From: Thermodesulfobacteriota bacterium
GTDB lineage: Bacteria; Desulfobacterota_D; UBA1144; Nemesobacterales; Nemesobacteraceae
DNA: 64,000 nucleotides
NCBI GenBank assembly: GCA_965202785.1
Contig: OZ241855.1
Coordinates: 544,001 to 608,000, forward strand
Direction of reading: 5' to 3'
Shown here piece by piece: positions 49,164 through 59,516 of the stretch. The position numbers and the translations under genes were made by a program. A model generated the notes under the pieces. The model was not told the origin of the DNA and did no database searches. It saw nothing but the letters and a program-made list of their open reading frames with translations. Numbering within the stretch: the stretch's first letter is position 1; the number at the start of each line of letters is the position of its first letter.

Positions 49164-52100
49164 TTAGCTAGTTTGCAGGGAACCCCCACCGCTCGGCCTC
49201 GGCGTTCTCGTTCGGCTGAAATATCGCAACCACTTGCCAATATCGTCAAGAGCCAGATAAAAACAGGGCACGAGGTAAAGTATGACGAAAGTCGAAAAAA
49301 CAAGTCCGAAACCCAGGGAAGCCGCCATCGGAGCGAGAATACCCGCCTCGCCCTTGTAGGCGAACATCAGGGAGAAAAGCCCCGAGAAAGTCGTAAGCGT
49401 GGTGAGAACGATAGGCCGGAAACGGTACCTGGCGGAAAATACTATCGCTATTACCTTGCTCGGCATCTTTTTCGCCCTTCGGTTGATAAAGTTCAGCAGC
49501 AGCAGACTGTCGTTCACCACTATTCCCAGAAGCGCAACCATTCCTATTATGGCGGGAAGCGTCATGGGTTCGCCGCGCAGCAGAATCGCTATGACCACTC
49601 CCGTAACGCAAAAAGGCAGTGCACTCATTATTATAAGGGGCTGAAAGCTGGAACGCAGTATGCTTGCGAGAATGAGATAAATGAGAAGTAAAGCCAAAAG
49701 CGACGCCTTTTTTATGTCGCTTATAGCCTGAGTGTACTGCTCCTCCTCCCCCGCGAACCGAAACGAGTAGCCCGGGTAGTTCTCGAGAAGACCATCCAGA
49801 TACCGCGAAAGATTTGCGTTCACCTCCCTTGAAGTGGTCGTCTGGTTGTCCACTTCGGCTGTTACGGTGACCGTTCTTCGAAGTCTCTCCCTTCTTATCT
49901 CAAGCGGTGTCTTTGACTCCGTTATCTCCGCCACGGTGCCGATAGGAACCCGTTGACCAAAAGGAGTCAGGACCTGGTGCGATTTCACCGAGAAAACACC
50001 GGAATCTTCCCTTCCGTATCGCAGATTTATCTCAGCCTCTTCCTCGCCCACTCTGGTCTTCGAAACTGTGAGACCGTCTCCAAGAGCCTTGATCTCCCGG
50101 GCCACACTCCACTTGTCAATACCGAACACCCCGGCTTTTCTCTCGTCTATCTCAACTCTCGCCTCGGGCTTTCCGTAAACGAGATTACTGGTCGCAGCGC
50201 TCACCCCCGGCTGACTGCTCAGAAACTCCCGGACCCGGGAAGCTATTTCCATCAGCACCGGTAGTTCATCCCCGCTTACCTTGACGTCCACCGGTTTCCC
50301 GGTAGGAGGACCCGTTGTCTGGAGGAAATCAACCTGTTTGGCCCCCGTAACCGTTTCCCCTACTCTGCTCTCCGCAATCTCAGAGAGTTCAACCGCATTT
50401 TCTTTCCTGGCAGAGTAATCCTCGTATTCAACCATAACCGTAGCCAGATTGTCTCCCATGGAGAACAGATTGTCAGGATCCGACATATCGAGGCCAACCA
50501 TGGACAACGTGTTCTTCAGGACATGAGGGGGAACGCTGTGGCGCACGGCTTCCTCGACCTGGGCTACGGAAGCGACTGTATGCTCCAGACTGGATGAGGG
50601 GGGATTCTCAACCCTTACCATTACCTCCTCAATATCATGAAGGTAGAACATCACGTTGGGAATCCGGACAAAGATAAAGACCGAAACGGCAAAAATAACC
50701 GTGAAACATCCTATCACCGCATAGCGGTTTCTAAGGGCAAACAGAAGTCCCCGCAGATACAGGCCTCTTACGCGCAGAAGCGGCGCGTTTCCGCGAGGAG
50801 ATCTCGTCGTGCCGTTTGCCGGAAGCCAGTCGGCGCAGTGAGATGGCATGATCACCAGGGCTTCGAAAAGGGAGAAGCAAAGAGCGAAGATCGCCACTTT
50901 GGGAATTATGGAGAGGAACTGTCCGATTAGCCCCGTGGCAAGAAGAAGGGGGGTAAACGCAGCGATATTGGTCAGCACAGTCGCAACCACTGGCCAGGCA
51001 ACCTCCCTTGTCCCTATTACCGCCGCCCTCAGCGGTTCCACTCCCCTTGATATATACCTCTGGACGTTCTCAACAACGATTATGGCGTCATCCACCACCA
51101 TGCCCAGCATCATTATAAGACCGAACATGGAGAGAACATTCAGTGTTGTGCCGGTCATCTTCATTAATATCGCAGCCCCCAGAAAAGAAACGGGAATCCC
51201 CAGGGCAGCTATGAAGGCCGCCTTGCGGTCAAGAAAGAGAGCAAGAAGGATTAATACCAGAACAAACCCCAGGCCTCCGCTCTTAAGCATGGTCCGAAGG
51301 CGACTTTTCACCCAGTGTGACCTGTCAAACGTCAGGGTTATCTCCACATCTTCGGGAAGCTCGTTTTCGTATTTTTCGGTAAGCTGCCTTACGTGACCGA
51401 CGGCATCGAGGATATCAACGTTTTTCTGCTTCTCCACCCAGAAAGTAATCGCAGGACGACCGTTTATCCTCGATCTCAGGTCCTCTCGCTGTTCCCCGAG
51501 AGCTACAGTCGCCACATCGCGGAGCAGAACATGTTTACCCTCGATGTTCCTGGCAACCGGAATATCGAGAAGATCTTTCACAGATCTTATCTTTCCCTCG
51601 GTTCTAAGCAGAAAATCAGCCCTGTTCCGAGTAAAACTCGCCCCGGGAATATCCAGATTTCTCGCATTGATGGCATCTGAAATCTCCTCGATCCCCACTC
51701 CAAACTGCACCATCTTCGGGTAATCCAGGTAGACCCATATTGCCGGGTCAGGCAGTCCGACGGAAGTCACGTTGTCAATACCGTCTAAAAGCGCAAGCTC
51801 ATCCCGCAGCCTTCTGGCGTTGCTATAGAGAATATTTCTTGGTATATCCCCTGAGACCGAAACGCCCACCAGCGGAAAACTCGCCTTTCTCTCTTCTGTT
51901 ACGGGTTCTTCGGCATCTTCGGGAAGATCGTCCACTATCAGGTTGACCTTGGAATCAATCTCCCAGGCGATCCTTCTGGTGTTTTCACCTGGGTGAACCT
52001 CAGCCGTAACCCGCGAGAACCCTTCGGAAGAAACGGATTTTACGATCTTGACGCCGGAGATATTCTTTATCTGCTGCTCAATTGGAACACTTACAAGATT

Positions 52101-52280
52101 CTCAACGTCTTCGGCGGAGGAACCCGGAAAAGACGTGGTTACCGTCACCATTTCGAGTTTTACCGACGGGAACAGTTCAAGGGGAAGAGAGAATGCAAAC
52201 AGAAGCCCTATAAACATTATGGCTCCCATCAGCAGGTTTACGAAAAACGAATTTCTTACTGAAAAATCGGCGATGTGCAT
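49164..52280 (-). CDS. RND efflux transporter permease (AcrB/AcrD/AcrF family)
   Basis: 1038 aa; LP.ELFP, GMVVDDAIIVVEN, GIVVNDSL, RFRPIVLTTLTT. Confidence 0.93.
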   Translation of the reverse strand: MHIADFSVRNSFFVNLLMGAIMFIGLLFAFSLPLELFPSVKLEMVTVTTSFPGSSAEDVENLVSVPIEQQIKNISGVKIVKSVSSEGFSRVTAEVHPGENTRRIAWEIDSKVNLIVDDLPEDAEEPVTEERKASFPLVGVSVSGDIPRNILYSNARRLRDELALLDGIDNVTSVGLPDPAIWVYLDYPKMVQFGVGIEEISDAINARNLDIPGASFTRNRADFLLRTEGKIRSVKDLLDIPVARNIEGKHVLLRDVATVALGEQREDLRSRINGRPAITFWVEKQKNVDILDAVGHVRQLTEKYENELPEDVEITLTFDRSHWVKSRLRTMLKSGGLGFVLVLILLALFLDRKAAFIAALGIPVSFLGAAILMKMTGTTLNVLSMFGLIMMLGMVVDDAIIVVENVQRYISRGVEPLRAAVIGTREVAWPVVATVLTNIAAFTPLLLATGLIGQFLSIIPKVAIFALCFSLFEALVIMPSHCADWLPANGTTRSPRGNAPLLRVRGLYLRGLLFALRNRYAVIGCFTVIFAVSVFIFVRIPNVMFYLHDIEEVMVRVENPPSSSLEHTVASVAQVEEAVRHSVPPHVLKNTLSMVGLDMSDPDNLFSMGDNLATVMVEYEDYSARKENAVELSEIAESRVGETVTGAKQVDFLQTTGPPTGKPVDVKVSGDELPVLMEIASRVREFLSSQPGVSAATSNLVYGKPEARVEIDERKAGVFGIDKWSVAREIKALGDGLTVSKTRVGEEEAEINLRYGREDSGVFSVKSHQVLTPFGQRVPIGTVAEITESKTPLEIRRERLRRTVTVTAEVDNQTTTSREVNANLSRYLDGLLENYPGYSFRFAGEEEQYTQAISDIKKASLLALLLIYLILASILRSSFQPLIIMSALPFCVTGVVIAILLRGEPMTLPAIIGMVALLGIVVNDSLLLLNFINRRAKKMPSKVIAIVFSARYRFRPIVLTTLTTFSGLFSLMFAYKGEAGILAPMAASLGFGLVFSTFVILYLVPCFYLALDDIGKWLRYFSRTRTPRPSGGGSLQTS

Positions 52281-52421
52281 AGAGAATCAGTCGATAATGC
52301 CTAGTGTGCGCCCGATTATGACCCCGAATGCGGGGGGAACTGATCAAGCGGCATGTCTTTTCGGTATCGGCAGGTTTTCCTCCTGCGGATTCGAAACCGT
52401 ATCTTGCTTTGCCAAACGGAG

Positions 52422-52483
52422 TTTCCACCCGGTCTGCGGTCAACCGCAACCTCTAAACGCCTTTTGTTAATTTTACCGGATAA
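52422..52483. repeat. Degenerate ~60-bp direct repeat, copy 2 (upstream of RND permease)
   Basis: Aligns by eye with 49096-49156, with identical ends TTTCCACCC and TACCGGATAA. Confidence 0.5.
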
Positions 52484-52630
52484 TAAAACGCCGCCTAATT
52501 CCCCGGAAAACCCCCGAAAACTCCGGAAGGGACACCTAGAATTCAAAGCTGCTCATGCCATCCACGGGACAAATGTCTGAATTGCCGGGGGCGGATTGAG
52601 TTTTTCTGATTCCCGTAGTATCGTTTCACG

Positions 52631-53674
52631 GTGATGGAAAATCTTAACGTATGTATTCTCGGAGCAAGCGGCTACACGGGAGCGGAACTCATAAGGCTCC
52701 TTGGGGGACATCCCCGGGCCAGTATTTCGCATTTAACAGCGTCAAGGCACGCAGGCCGTGCTCTGGCCGAGGTCTTTCCGCACCTTGGCGAAATAGCCGA
52801 TCTCGAGCTCAGCAGTTCTGACCCCTCGCTCATTCCGGACGATACCGATGTGGTATTCGCCGCGCTTCCCCACGGAGCATCGGCCGAACTCATAGAAGAA
52901 ATCTATGGGAGGGACGTAAGGATAATCGATCTCGGAGCGGATTTCCGTCTCAGGGAAGGCACCTACAGGGACTGGTACGGGGATCATCCGTGCGCCCATC
53001 TGCTCGAAAACGCCGTCTACGGAATCCCTGAACTGCATGCGGAACGGATATCGGAAACAAAACTGGTGGCAAACCCCGGATGCTATCCCACCTCTTCTAT
53101 CCTTCCGCTCGCGCCGCTTCTTGAAAACGGCATGGTGGAGACGGGGGGAATTATAATTGATTCCAAATCCGGAGCTTCGGGAGCAGGAAGGAACCCTTCG
53201 CTTGACCTTCATTTCTGCGAGGTCTCCGAAGGAATGAAAGCCTACAAGGTAGGCGAGCACCGTCATACCCCTGAAATAGAGCAGGGGCTCTCGGACTTTC
53301 TGGGCAGCAAGGTGGAAGTCGCTTTCACCCCGCATCTTGTACCGATAAACAGGGGAATACTCTCGACAATATACGTAAACCTCTCGGGAAGCCATAAGAC
53401 CCGGGAACTGCTGGACGCCCTCGGTAAATTCTACGAGAACTCACCCTTCGTGAGGATTCTCCCCGAGGGGACTTTTCCGAACACCTCCTGCGTCAGAGGT
53501 TCAAACTTCTGCGACATAGGGGTAAGGACAAACCCCGGGAAAAAAACCGCGGTAATTGTCTGTGCCATAGATAACCTGGTAAAGGGAGCCTCAGGCCAGG
53601 CGATACAGAGCATGAACATCATGCTTGACCTTCCTGAGAGTCTGGGACTTGACTCCCCCCCGCTTTATCCCTGA
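52631..53674 (+). CDS. argC: N-acetyl-gamma-glutamyl-phosphate reductase
   Basis: GASGYTG, ANPGCYPT, SGASGAG, HRHTPEI, DNLVKGASGQA. Confidence 0.97.
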   Translation: MMENLNVCILGASGYTGAELIRLLGGHPRASISHLTASRHAGRALAEVFPHLGEIADLELSSSDPSLIPDDTDVVFAALPHGASAELIEEIYGRDVRIIDLGADFRLREGTYRDWYGDHPCAHLLENAVYGIPELHAERISETKLVANPGCYPTSSILPLAPLLENGMVETGGIIIDSKSGASGAGRNPSLDLHFCEVSEGMKAYKVGEHRHTPEIEQGLSDFLGSKVEVAFTPHLVPINRGILSTIYVNLSGSHKTRELLDALGKFYENSPFVRILPEGTFPNTSCVRGSNFCDIGVRTNPGKKTAVIVCAIDNLVKGASGQAIQSMNIMLDLPESLGLDSPPLYP

Positions 53675-53739
53675 CTTGAGCGACAATACACGCCGTCTGT
53701 CGATATACGCAACTCGGCAAGCGGCTCCCGGACATCCCG

Positions 53740-54906
53740 TCAGAAATCCTGAAGCGTCCTTATTCTCTCCACTATCGCGGGAAGAAGCTCGATCACCCTG
53801 TCGACTTCCTCCGAACGGGTAAAACGGCCGAAGCTGAACCTGACCGAGCAGAGCGCTTCCTGTTCTTCGAGCCCCATGGCGATCAATACGTGGGAAGGGT
53901 CAACGTTTCCTTCGGAGCATGCAGAACCAGTTGAAACCGCCACTCCGGCGGTATCGAGATTCATTACCACCGAATCACCCGGAGTGTTTGGAAAACCAAC
54001 GTTAAGGGTGTTGGAGACCCTCGCGTCGGGATGTCCGTTCAGGTAAACATCCTCTATTCTCCGGGAAAGCTCTTCGAAAAGACGGTCGCGAAGTTTCCCC
54101 AGTCTTTCGTTTTCCGCCTCAAGCTCCCCACGCAGAAGCTCGCACGCGTAACCGAATCCGCAGACGGCCGCCACGTTCTCCGTTCCCGACCTCTTTCCCC
54201 TCTCCTGCCCCCCGCCGTGCACGAAAGGCTCAAGGGCGACCCCTTTTTTCAAGTAAAGAGCTCCTGTTCCCTTGGGACCGCATATCTTGTGGGCGGAAAA
54301 AGACGCCATGTCCACCGGCAGGTCCCCAAGATCGATTTCCATCTTTCCCAGAGCCTGAACCGCATCCGTATGGAAAGCCACTCCCCTCTCGCGGGCAATT
54401 TCTCCTATATCACGAATCGGACTTATAACTCCGGTCTCGTTATTCACGTACATGCAGGAAACAAGAATCGTGCGCTCGGTAATCGCTTCCCGGAACTGTT
54501 CGGGAAAGACCCCTCCGAAGGAATCCACGGGAAGATAGGTGACCTCGAAACCCCTGCGTTCAAGAAACCTGAACGCTTCAAGACACGAGGCGTGCTCGAC
54601 CGCGGTCGTAACCAGATGGTTTCCCCTGTCGCAAAGAGCGTAGGCCAGGCCTTTTATGGCGAAGTTGTTGCTTTCACTGCCCCCGGAGGTAAAAACTATT
54701 TCTCCCGGCCTCGCCCCGAGGCAACCCGATACTCTCTCGCGGGCGGAATCAACCGCCGCGCGCGCGACGCTTCCGGGAGAATGAATGCTGGAAGGATTCC
54801 CATAATCTCCGGCAAGATAGGGAGTCATCTCTTCCAAGACGCGCGGGTCAAGAGGCGTGGTCGCGTTATAGTCAAGATATATGGAATGTTCGTGATCAGG
54901 CGACAT
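53740..54906 (-). CDS. iscS: Cysteine desulfurase (IscS/NifS family)
   Basis: YLDYNATT, GNPSS.H, HTDAVQ, SAHK.CGPKG, STGSACS. Confidence 0.9.
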   Translation of the reverse strand: MSPDHEHSIYLDYNATTPLDPRVLEEMTPYLAGDYGNPSSIHSPGSVARAAVDSARERVSGCLGARPGEIVFTSGGSESNNFAIKGLAYALCDRGNHLVTTAVEHASCLEAFRFLERRGFEVTYLPVDSFGGVFPEQFREAITERTILVSCMYVNNETGVISPIRDIGEIARERGVAFHTDAVQALGKMEIDLGDLPVDMASFSAHKICGPKGTGALYLKKGVALEPFVHGGGQERGKRSGTENVAAVCGFGYACELLRGELEAENERLGKLRDRLFEELSRRIEDVYLNGHPDARVSNTLNVGFPNTPGDSVVMNLDTAGVAVSTGSACSEGNVDPSHVLIAMGLEEQEALCSVRFSFGRFTRSEEVDRVIELLPAIVERIRTLQDF

Positions 54907-55038
54907 TTTCTCACCATCGCTTAAACAGCTTGCGTAACAGCGAATAATAACCGATCAACAGCGGAAATACTCCGGATTCGAGTTGTTTCAGCGGGTTAAC
55001 GTCTTGGGGACAAGATCAGGCGCACCGGCAAGCCAACT

Positions 55039-55722
55039 TCAGATCAGGTCAGGCTTGTCGGTGATAATTCCGTTAATCCCCGCCCCGGCCAGTTTTTCGC
55101 CTCGTTTCGGATCGTTAACCGTCCAGCAGCACACAAAAAGACCTCTTCTCCGGGCTTCCGAAGCAAGGCGGCGCGTCATAAAACGGTGATTCGTGGCAAC
55201 TACCCGACACCCCAGGGAAAGAGCCTTCTTCACGCACCCGAAGCCGAAAACCGTAATAAGTCCCGTAGTAATGGAGCGATCAAGCTCCCTCACGGCAAGA
55301 AGACAGTCCTCGCGGAAAGAAACCACCGCTACATCTTTTATAAGACCATGAGCTTTTATAAGCGAGACCGTTTCTTCCTCGGTACCTTTTTCCTTAAGTT
55401 CGACCACCAGTCCGCAGCGCCCCGCGAAATTCTCAAAGACCTCTTCGAGAGTCGGTATCCGCTCCCCGAAACCGGCGTCAAGAGACCTGAGTTCAGAGAG
55501 CGTCTTCCCCGAAACGGCTCCCTTGCCGTCCGTGGTCCTGTCCACCTTCCGGTCGTGAATGACGACCAGGCGGCCGTCAAGACTCATCCTCACGTCAAAC
55601 TCTATCACCGAAGCCCCCATGTCAAGGGCCCTGCGGAAAGAGCGAAGAGTATTTTCCGGTTCGTAATGGCTCGCGCCGCGGTGAGAGATAAGGAGGAAGT
55701 CTTTTTTGAAAAAACCTTTCAT
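55039..55722 (-). CDS. Glycerophosphodiester phosphodiesterase
   Basis: SHRGAS..PENT, EFDV...DG..V.IHD, WTVN, GIITDKP. Confidence 0.92.
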   Translation of the reverse strand: MKGFFKKDFLLISHRGASHYEPENTLRSFRRALDMGASVIEFDVRMSLDGRLVVIHDRKVDRTTDGKGAVSGKTLSELRSLDAGFGERIPTLEEVFENFAGRCGLVVELKEKGTEEETVSLIKAHGLIKDVAVVSFREDCLLAVRELDRSITTGLITVFGFGCVKKALSLGCRVVATNHRFMTRRLASEARRRGLFVCCWTVNDPKRGEKLAGAGINGIITDKPDLI

Positions 55723-55736
55723 GGAATCTGGGGGAA

Positions 55737-56513
55737 TTACCTGAACAGGTCATGGGCCGGATCTCTGATCAGTTCATCCGAACTTCCTTCCCCCCGGATG
55801 TACTCAACCCCGCGGGCTACCACAACGGGCAGGGCCGCGGTTTTCTCCATGAGCAATCCCGCGGCGCACGCCACCTGGTCCGCGGTCGCCATCTCGGTTG
55901 CCGTAAGCAGAAGACCTTTGCTGTCGGTCTCTCCCCTGCGGTCAGAAAGCGGCTTCATGCCGCTGCAGCCAATGGCGATGTCGGTAAGCCCTTCCCGCCA
56001 GGGGCGTCCCACCGTATCACTTATTATGACGGCTACGTATTTCCCGGTTTCCTGTTCTATATGTTCTCTTATAGCCCCGGCGGAGCGGTCGGAATCAAGC
56101 GGAAGAAGCGTGACGTCCTCGCCCCCGGAAACGTTTGAAGCATCAACTCCGGCGTTTGCCAGCACAAGCCCTGCGACCGTCTCAACTATAAGCCTTCCCT
56201 TGCCGCTTTCTCTCTCGTCCATTTTCACGATTCTCCTGGTCTCCCCCAGAATCACCTCCACCAACCTCGGATCCTTTGAAACCTCCTCGGAGACCGTAAC
56301 AGCAAAATCCGACGGTTCCACCTGGGAAAGATTGATGACCCTGCCTTCGGCCTTTGAGACCACCTTCTGCGCAACTACAACTATATCCCCGTCAAGAAAA
56401 GAAAACCCCTCACTGGCGGCGGCGCGCAGAATCATCTCCCCGAGACCGTCCCCTTCCTTCACTTCCGGAATTCCCCTCAGGGGAACAAACTTTATTCCTC
56501 CAGTCTTGTCCAT
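55737..56513 (-). CDS. cofE: Coenzyme F420-0:L-glutamate ligase
   Basis: GIPEVKEGD.L, KVVSKAEGR, ANAGVDASN, SDTVGRPWR.G, DLFR. Confidence 0.9.
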   Translation of the reverse strand: MDKTGGIKFVPLRGIPEVKEGDGLGEMILRAAASEGFSFLDGDIVVVAQKVVSKAEGRVINLSQVEPSDFAVTVSEEVSKDPRLVEVILGETRRIVKMDERESGKGRLIVETVAGLVLANAGVDASNVSGGEDVTLLPLDSDRSAGAIREHIEQETGKYVAVIISDTVGRPWREGLTDIAIGCSGMKPLSDRRGETDSKGLLLTATEMATADQVACAAGLLMEKTAALPVVVARGVEYIRGEGSSDELIRDPAHDLFR

Positions 56514-56605
56514 GCGGAAACTCTCCCGATGCCGCGGCGGCGCAGCGTTTTGTATATACCGGTTAAACCATCTAGTATATAGTACCGATATTACAGAGGA
56601 GAGAA

Positions 56606-56998
56606 ATGGAAAGGTTCTATCTGGAAAGAGAGACCGACCTCGAGCTTGGAAAGCAGTTCGAGGTATCCGGCGTGGCGAGGGAATCAGGACTCATGATCCG
56701 CATATTCGTGACATCCTCGCTTAAAAAGGAAATGATGGAACCCGATTCCGAGGCCTCGGCCCGCGGCGAGGATGAAGACACCAGGCTAAAAGAGATACTT
56801 TCCCCTCTCGTGTCGTCCATAAGGTCGACCAGGAAAACGAAGAGAACCAACGTGATCAATTTCACCGCTTCAGTTACTAAAGACGGGAAAGGCCGGGAAT
56901 TTCATGTTATTTCCTACCTAGGTCCGGTAACGAAAGACTCCGAAGAACCCTGCATAACCCTTCTCCTGCCCGAAGACCTGCCGGAAGAAACACCTTAG
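56606..56998 (+). CDS. Hypothetical protein, DUF6573-like
   Basis: ARESG...VT...P.....GEDE.TRL..IL...GP....EPCITLLLPED pattern; GAGGAG RBS. Confidence 0.55.
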   Translation: MERFYLERETDLELGKQFEVSGVARESGLMIRIFVTSSLKKEMMEPDSEASARGEDEDTRLKEILSPLVSSIRSTRKTKRTNVINFTASVTKDGKGREFHVISYLGPVTKDSEEPCITLLLPEDLPEETP

Positions 56999-57027
56999 CC
57001 GCAAAATCGTGTATTATTAGCTTTACA

Positions 57028-58191
57028 ATGGGGTGTACAGAGGACATTTCCGGCGAAATCTACTTTGACAACAACGCAACTACAAAACCACTTCCCGAAG
57101 TAACGGAGGCCATGCACGAAGCCATGGGTGAGGGATTCGGCAATCCCTCAAGCGCCCATTCGGCCGGAGAGCGAGCGAGGGGCCGCATGGACCTTGCCCG
57201 CAAACGGACCTCCGATCTTTTGGGATGCTCCCCCGAAGACCTCATATTCACAAGTTCCGGCACGGAATCAAACAACATGGTCTTTTATTCCTGCACGAGG
57301 AAAAAAGAGAAGCCGCGCGTTGTCACAACCCAGGTAGAGCACTCCTCGATAATGAAGATGTGCAATTTCCTCGAACTAAACGACGTGCACATCGAAATGC
57401 TCGAGGTGGACAGAGAGGGGATTCTTGATATCCGAGGACTCGAAAACGCGATCTCCGAGAAAACCGACCTAGTTTCCGTGCAGTGGGTTAACAACGAGAC
57501 CGGAGTCATACAGGATATGGCAAGCATTTCCGAGGTCTGCAGGAAAAACGGAGTGCTTCTCCACACCGACGCTGCCCAAGCCGTAGGAAAGCTCGAGGTG
57601 GACCTCGCGAAGCTCCCCGTGGATTTTCTCTCTTTCACAGCCCATAAAATCAGCGGTCCTCAGGGTGCCGCGGCTCTCTATGCAAAAGACAGGCTGCTTG
57701 TAAATCCTTTTCTTTTCGGAGGATTCCAAGAAGACGGATTTCGTCCCGGGACTGAGAACCTTCCGGGCATATCAGGCTTTGGGACCGCCTGCGAAATAAG
57801 GCGCACAAGACTTGAGCAGGCCATAGGAAAGATGAAGGATCTTCGCAACCAGTTCGAGAAGACGATAATCGAATCCATTCCGGACACCTCGATCAACGGG
57901 GATGGCGGGGAGAGAATATGCAACACCACAAATATCCATTTCGGCAGAACTGACGGAAGAAAATTGGTCTCCCTTCTTGACGAGGCGGGAATAAGGTGTT
58001 CGCAGAGTTCTGCGTGCACGAACTTCGACGTTACGCCATCCTACGTCCTTACCGCCATGGGGCTGGATGAAGAGCATGCGCATTCAAGCATAAGATTCAG
58101 CTTCTGCCCGGAAAACACCTTCAAGGAGGTGGAAAGAGCGGCAGAGATAATCCGGGAAAAGTGCGAATTTCTGAGGAGCCAGCCCTGCTGA
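57028..58191 (+). CDS. Second cysteine desulfurase (NifS/IscS family)
   Basis: YFDNNATT, GNPSSAH, HTDAAQ, TAHK.SGPQG, QSSACT. Confidence 0.88.
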   Translation: MGCTEDISGEIYFDNNATTKPLPEVTEAMHEAMGEGFGNPSSAHSAGERARGRMDLARKRTSDLLGCSPEDLIFTSSGTESNNMVFYSCTRKKEKPRVVTTQVEHSSIMKMCNFLELNDVHIEMLEVDREGILDIRGLENAISEKTDLVSVQWVNNETGVIQDMASISEVCRKNGVLLHTDAAQAVGKLEVDLAKLPVDFLSFTAHKISGPQGAAALYAKDRLLVNPFLFGGFQEDGFRPGTENLPGISGFGTACEIRRTRLEQAIGKMKDLRNQFEKTIIESIPDTSINGDGGERICNTTNIHFGRTDGRKLVSLLDEAGIRCSQSSACTNFDVTPSYVLTAMGLDEEHAHSSIRFSFCPENTFKEVERAAEIIREKCEFLRSQPC

Positions 58192-58218
58192 ACCCGGACA
58201 CCCCGGGAAGACGGAAAA

Positions 58219-59358
58219 TCAGTCGACAACCCTTACCGGCTGACCGGGAAGGAGACCGAAATTCCCCTCGGTTATGATTCTAGAATCCGGGGGAAGCGAA
58301 TCAAAGGATATATAGGCCGAATTATCGTCTATCCACGTGGGCGCCACTTTAGCCTTGAGAACTTCTCCGTTTTTTTCAACCAGCACGAAAGAGGAATTTT
58401 CTTTATTGTCGGACAAGACAGCCGTCTTGGGAATTCTGACGACATTATCAAGCATCTGCACCGGTATTTTTACGGAAACCATTTCTCCGGGCCACCATTT
58501 TACCGAGGGATCGGATATGGCAATCTCGACATCGTAGGTGCCCGAGAAATCATCAGAACCCGGACTCACGCCGTCAACCTCGCCCGCGACGGTTTCCACC
58601 GTGCCGTCTCTTGTAAGTGATACCTCAAGGACATCTCCCCGGTTGACGCTTCTGGCAACAGACACGTCCACACCAGCTATGACTTTCCTGCCGCTTAGAT
58701 TAACGACCTTGGCTACCACATCCCCATTTCTTGTCTCCTGTCCGACGTCGGGAACGATTTCAACAACCTGGCCTTGGATAGGAGAACGGATCTTGAGATT
58801 TTCGTAATTCCACTTGGCCCTTTTGTAAGAAGCTTCAAGGGCCTTCACGCCGGCCGAGGCGGTTTCAAGAAGGTTTAGTGACGCCTCGGTCTCGTCCTCA
58901 GAGACTATTCCCTTTTCGAAAAGAGCCGAATTCCTGCGGTAGACCCTTTCAGCCTCGGCAAGCTTCCCCTTGGCGGATTCAAGATTGTACTTCGCCTCGT
59001 CAAGCCGCGTTTCCACGCGGTAATCGTGGAGTTCGAGGATAATTCCGTCCTTTTCGATTTCCTGACCTCGACCGGAATCTATCCGCTTTACCCATCCCGA
59101 AACGGTCGTCCGGACCAAGACAGTCTGCTTGCCACGGACTCTTCCGAGAACTTCGGTGTAAACTGAACCTGAGGACGCAATGGGCGTCATCACTTTTATG
59201 GGCCTGTAGGCGTTATCCCCAGAGTGATCCTGTGCACTCGATTCCCTTTCATAAAGAAACTTCGCGTACAGGAGCAACAGGAGCAATAGGAAACCAAGAA
59301 AAATTAAAACCAGAGTCAACCAGTTCTTCGTTTTTCTTTCCCTGAACCAAGATCTCAT
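58219..59358 (-). CDS. RND efflux membrane-fusion (periplasmic adaptor) protein
   Basis: N-terminal transmembrane helix, lipoyl halves (VSGWV, IRSPIQGQV), alpha hairpin, PGE.V. Confidence 0.88.
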   Translation of the reverse strand: MRSWFRERKTKNWLTLVLIFLGFLLLLLLLYAKFLYERESSAQDHSGDNAYRPIKVMTPIASSGSVYTEVLGRVRGKQTVLVRTTVSGWVKRIDSGRGQEIEKDGIILELHDYRVETRLDEAKYNLESAKGKLAEAERVYRRNSALFEKGIVSEDETEASLNLLETASAGVKALEASYKRAKWNYENLKIRSPIQGQVVEIVPDVGQETRNGDVVAKVVNLSGRKVIAGVDVSVARSVNRGDVLEVSLTRDGTVETVAGEVDGVSPGSDDFSGTYDVEIAISDPSVKWWPGEMVSVKIPVQMLDNVVRIPKTAVLSDNKENSSFVLVEKNGEVLKAKVAPTWIDDNSAYISFDSLPPDSRIITEGNFGLLPGQPVRVVD

Positions 59359-59466
59359 CTATTCTTCCACCCACAAAAGCTTCAACAAAAAAGACATTCA
59401 TAACAATATTGAGAATCTGGCGATTTAGCAATAACCAGCAAAATTAGGAACACCCGGTAAAACAGA

Positions 59467-59495
59467 TTGACTTTTGGCCAGAATACCCCGATAAT
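59467..59495 (+). promoter_or_regulatory. Putative sigma70 promoter of the HU gene
   Basis: TTGACT-N17-GATAAT, followed by an AGGAGG RBS. Confidence 0.55.
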
Positions 59496-59516
59496 TATTA
59501 AGAGATTTTAAGGAGG

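Noticed and set aside
55186-56724. 512-aa plus-strand ORF
   Set aside because: Antisense shadow of the phosphodiesterase and cofE genes; Ser/Pro-rich with no recognisable motifs
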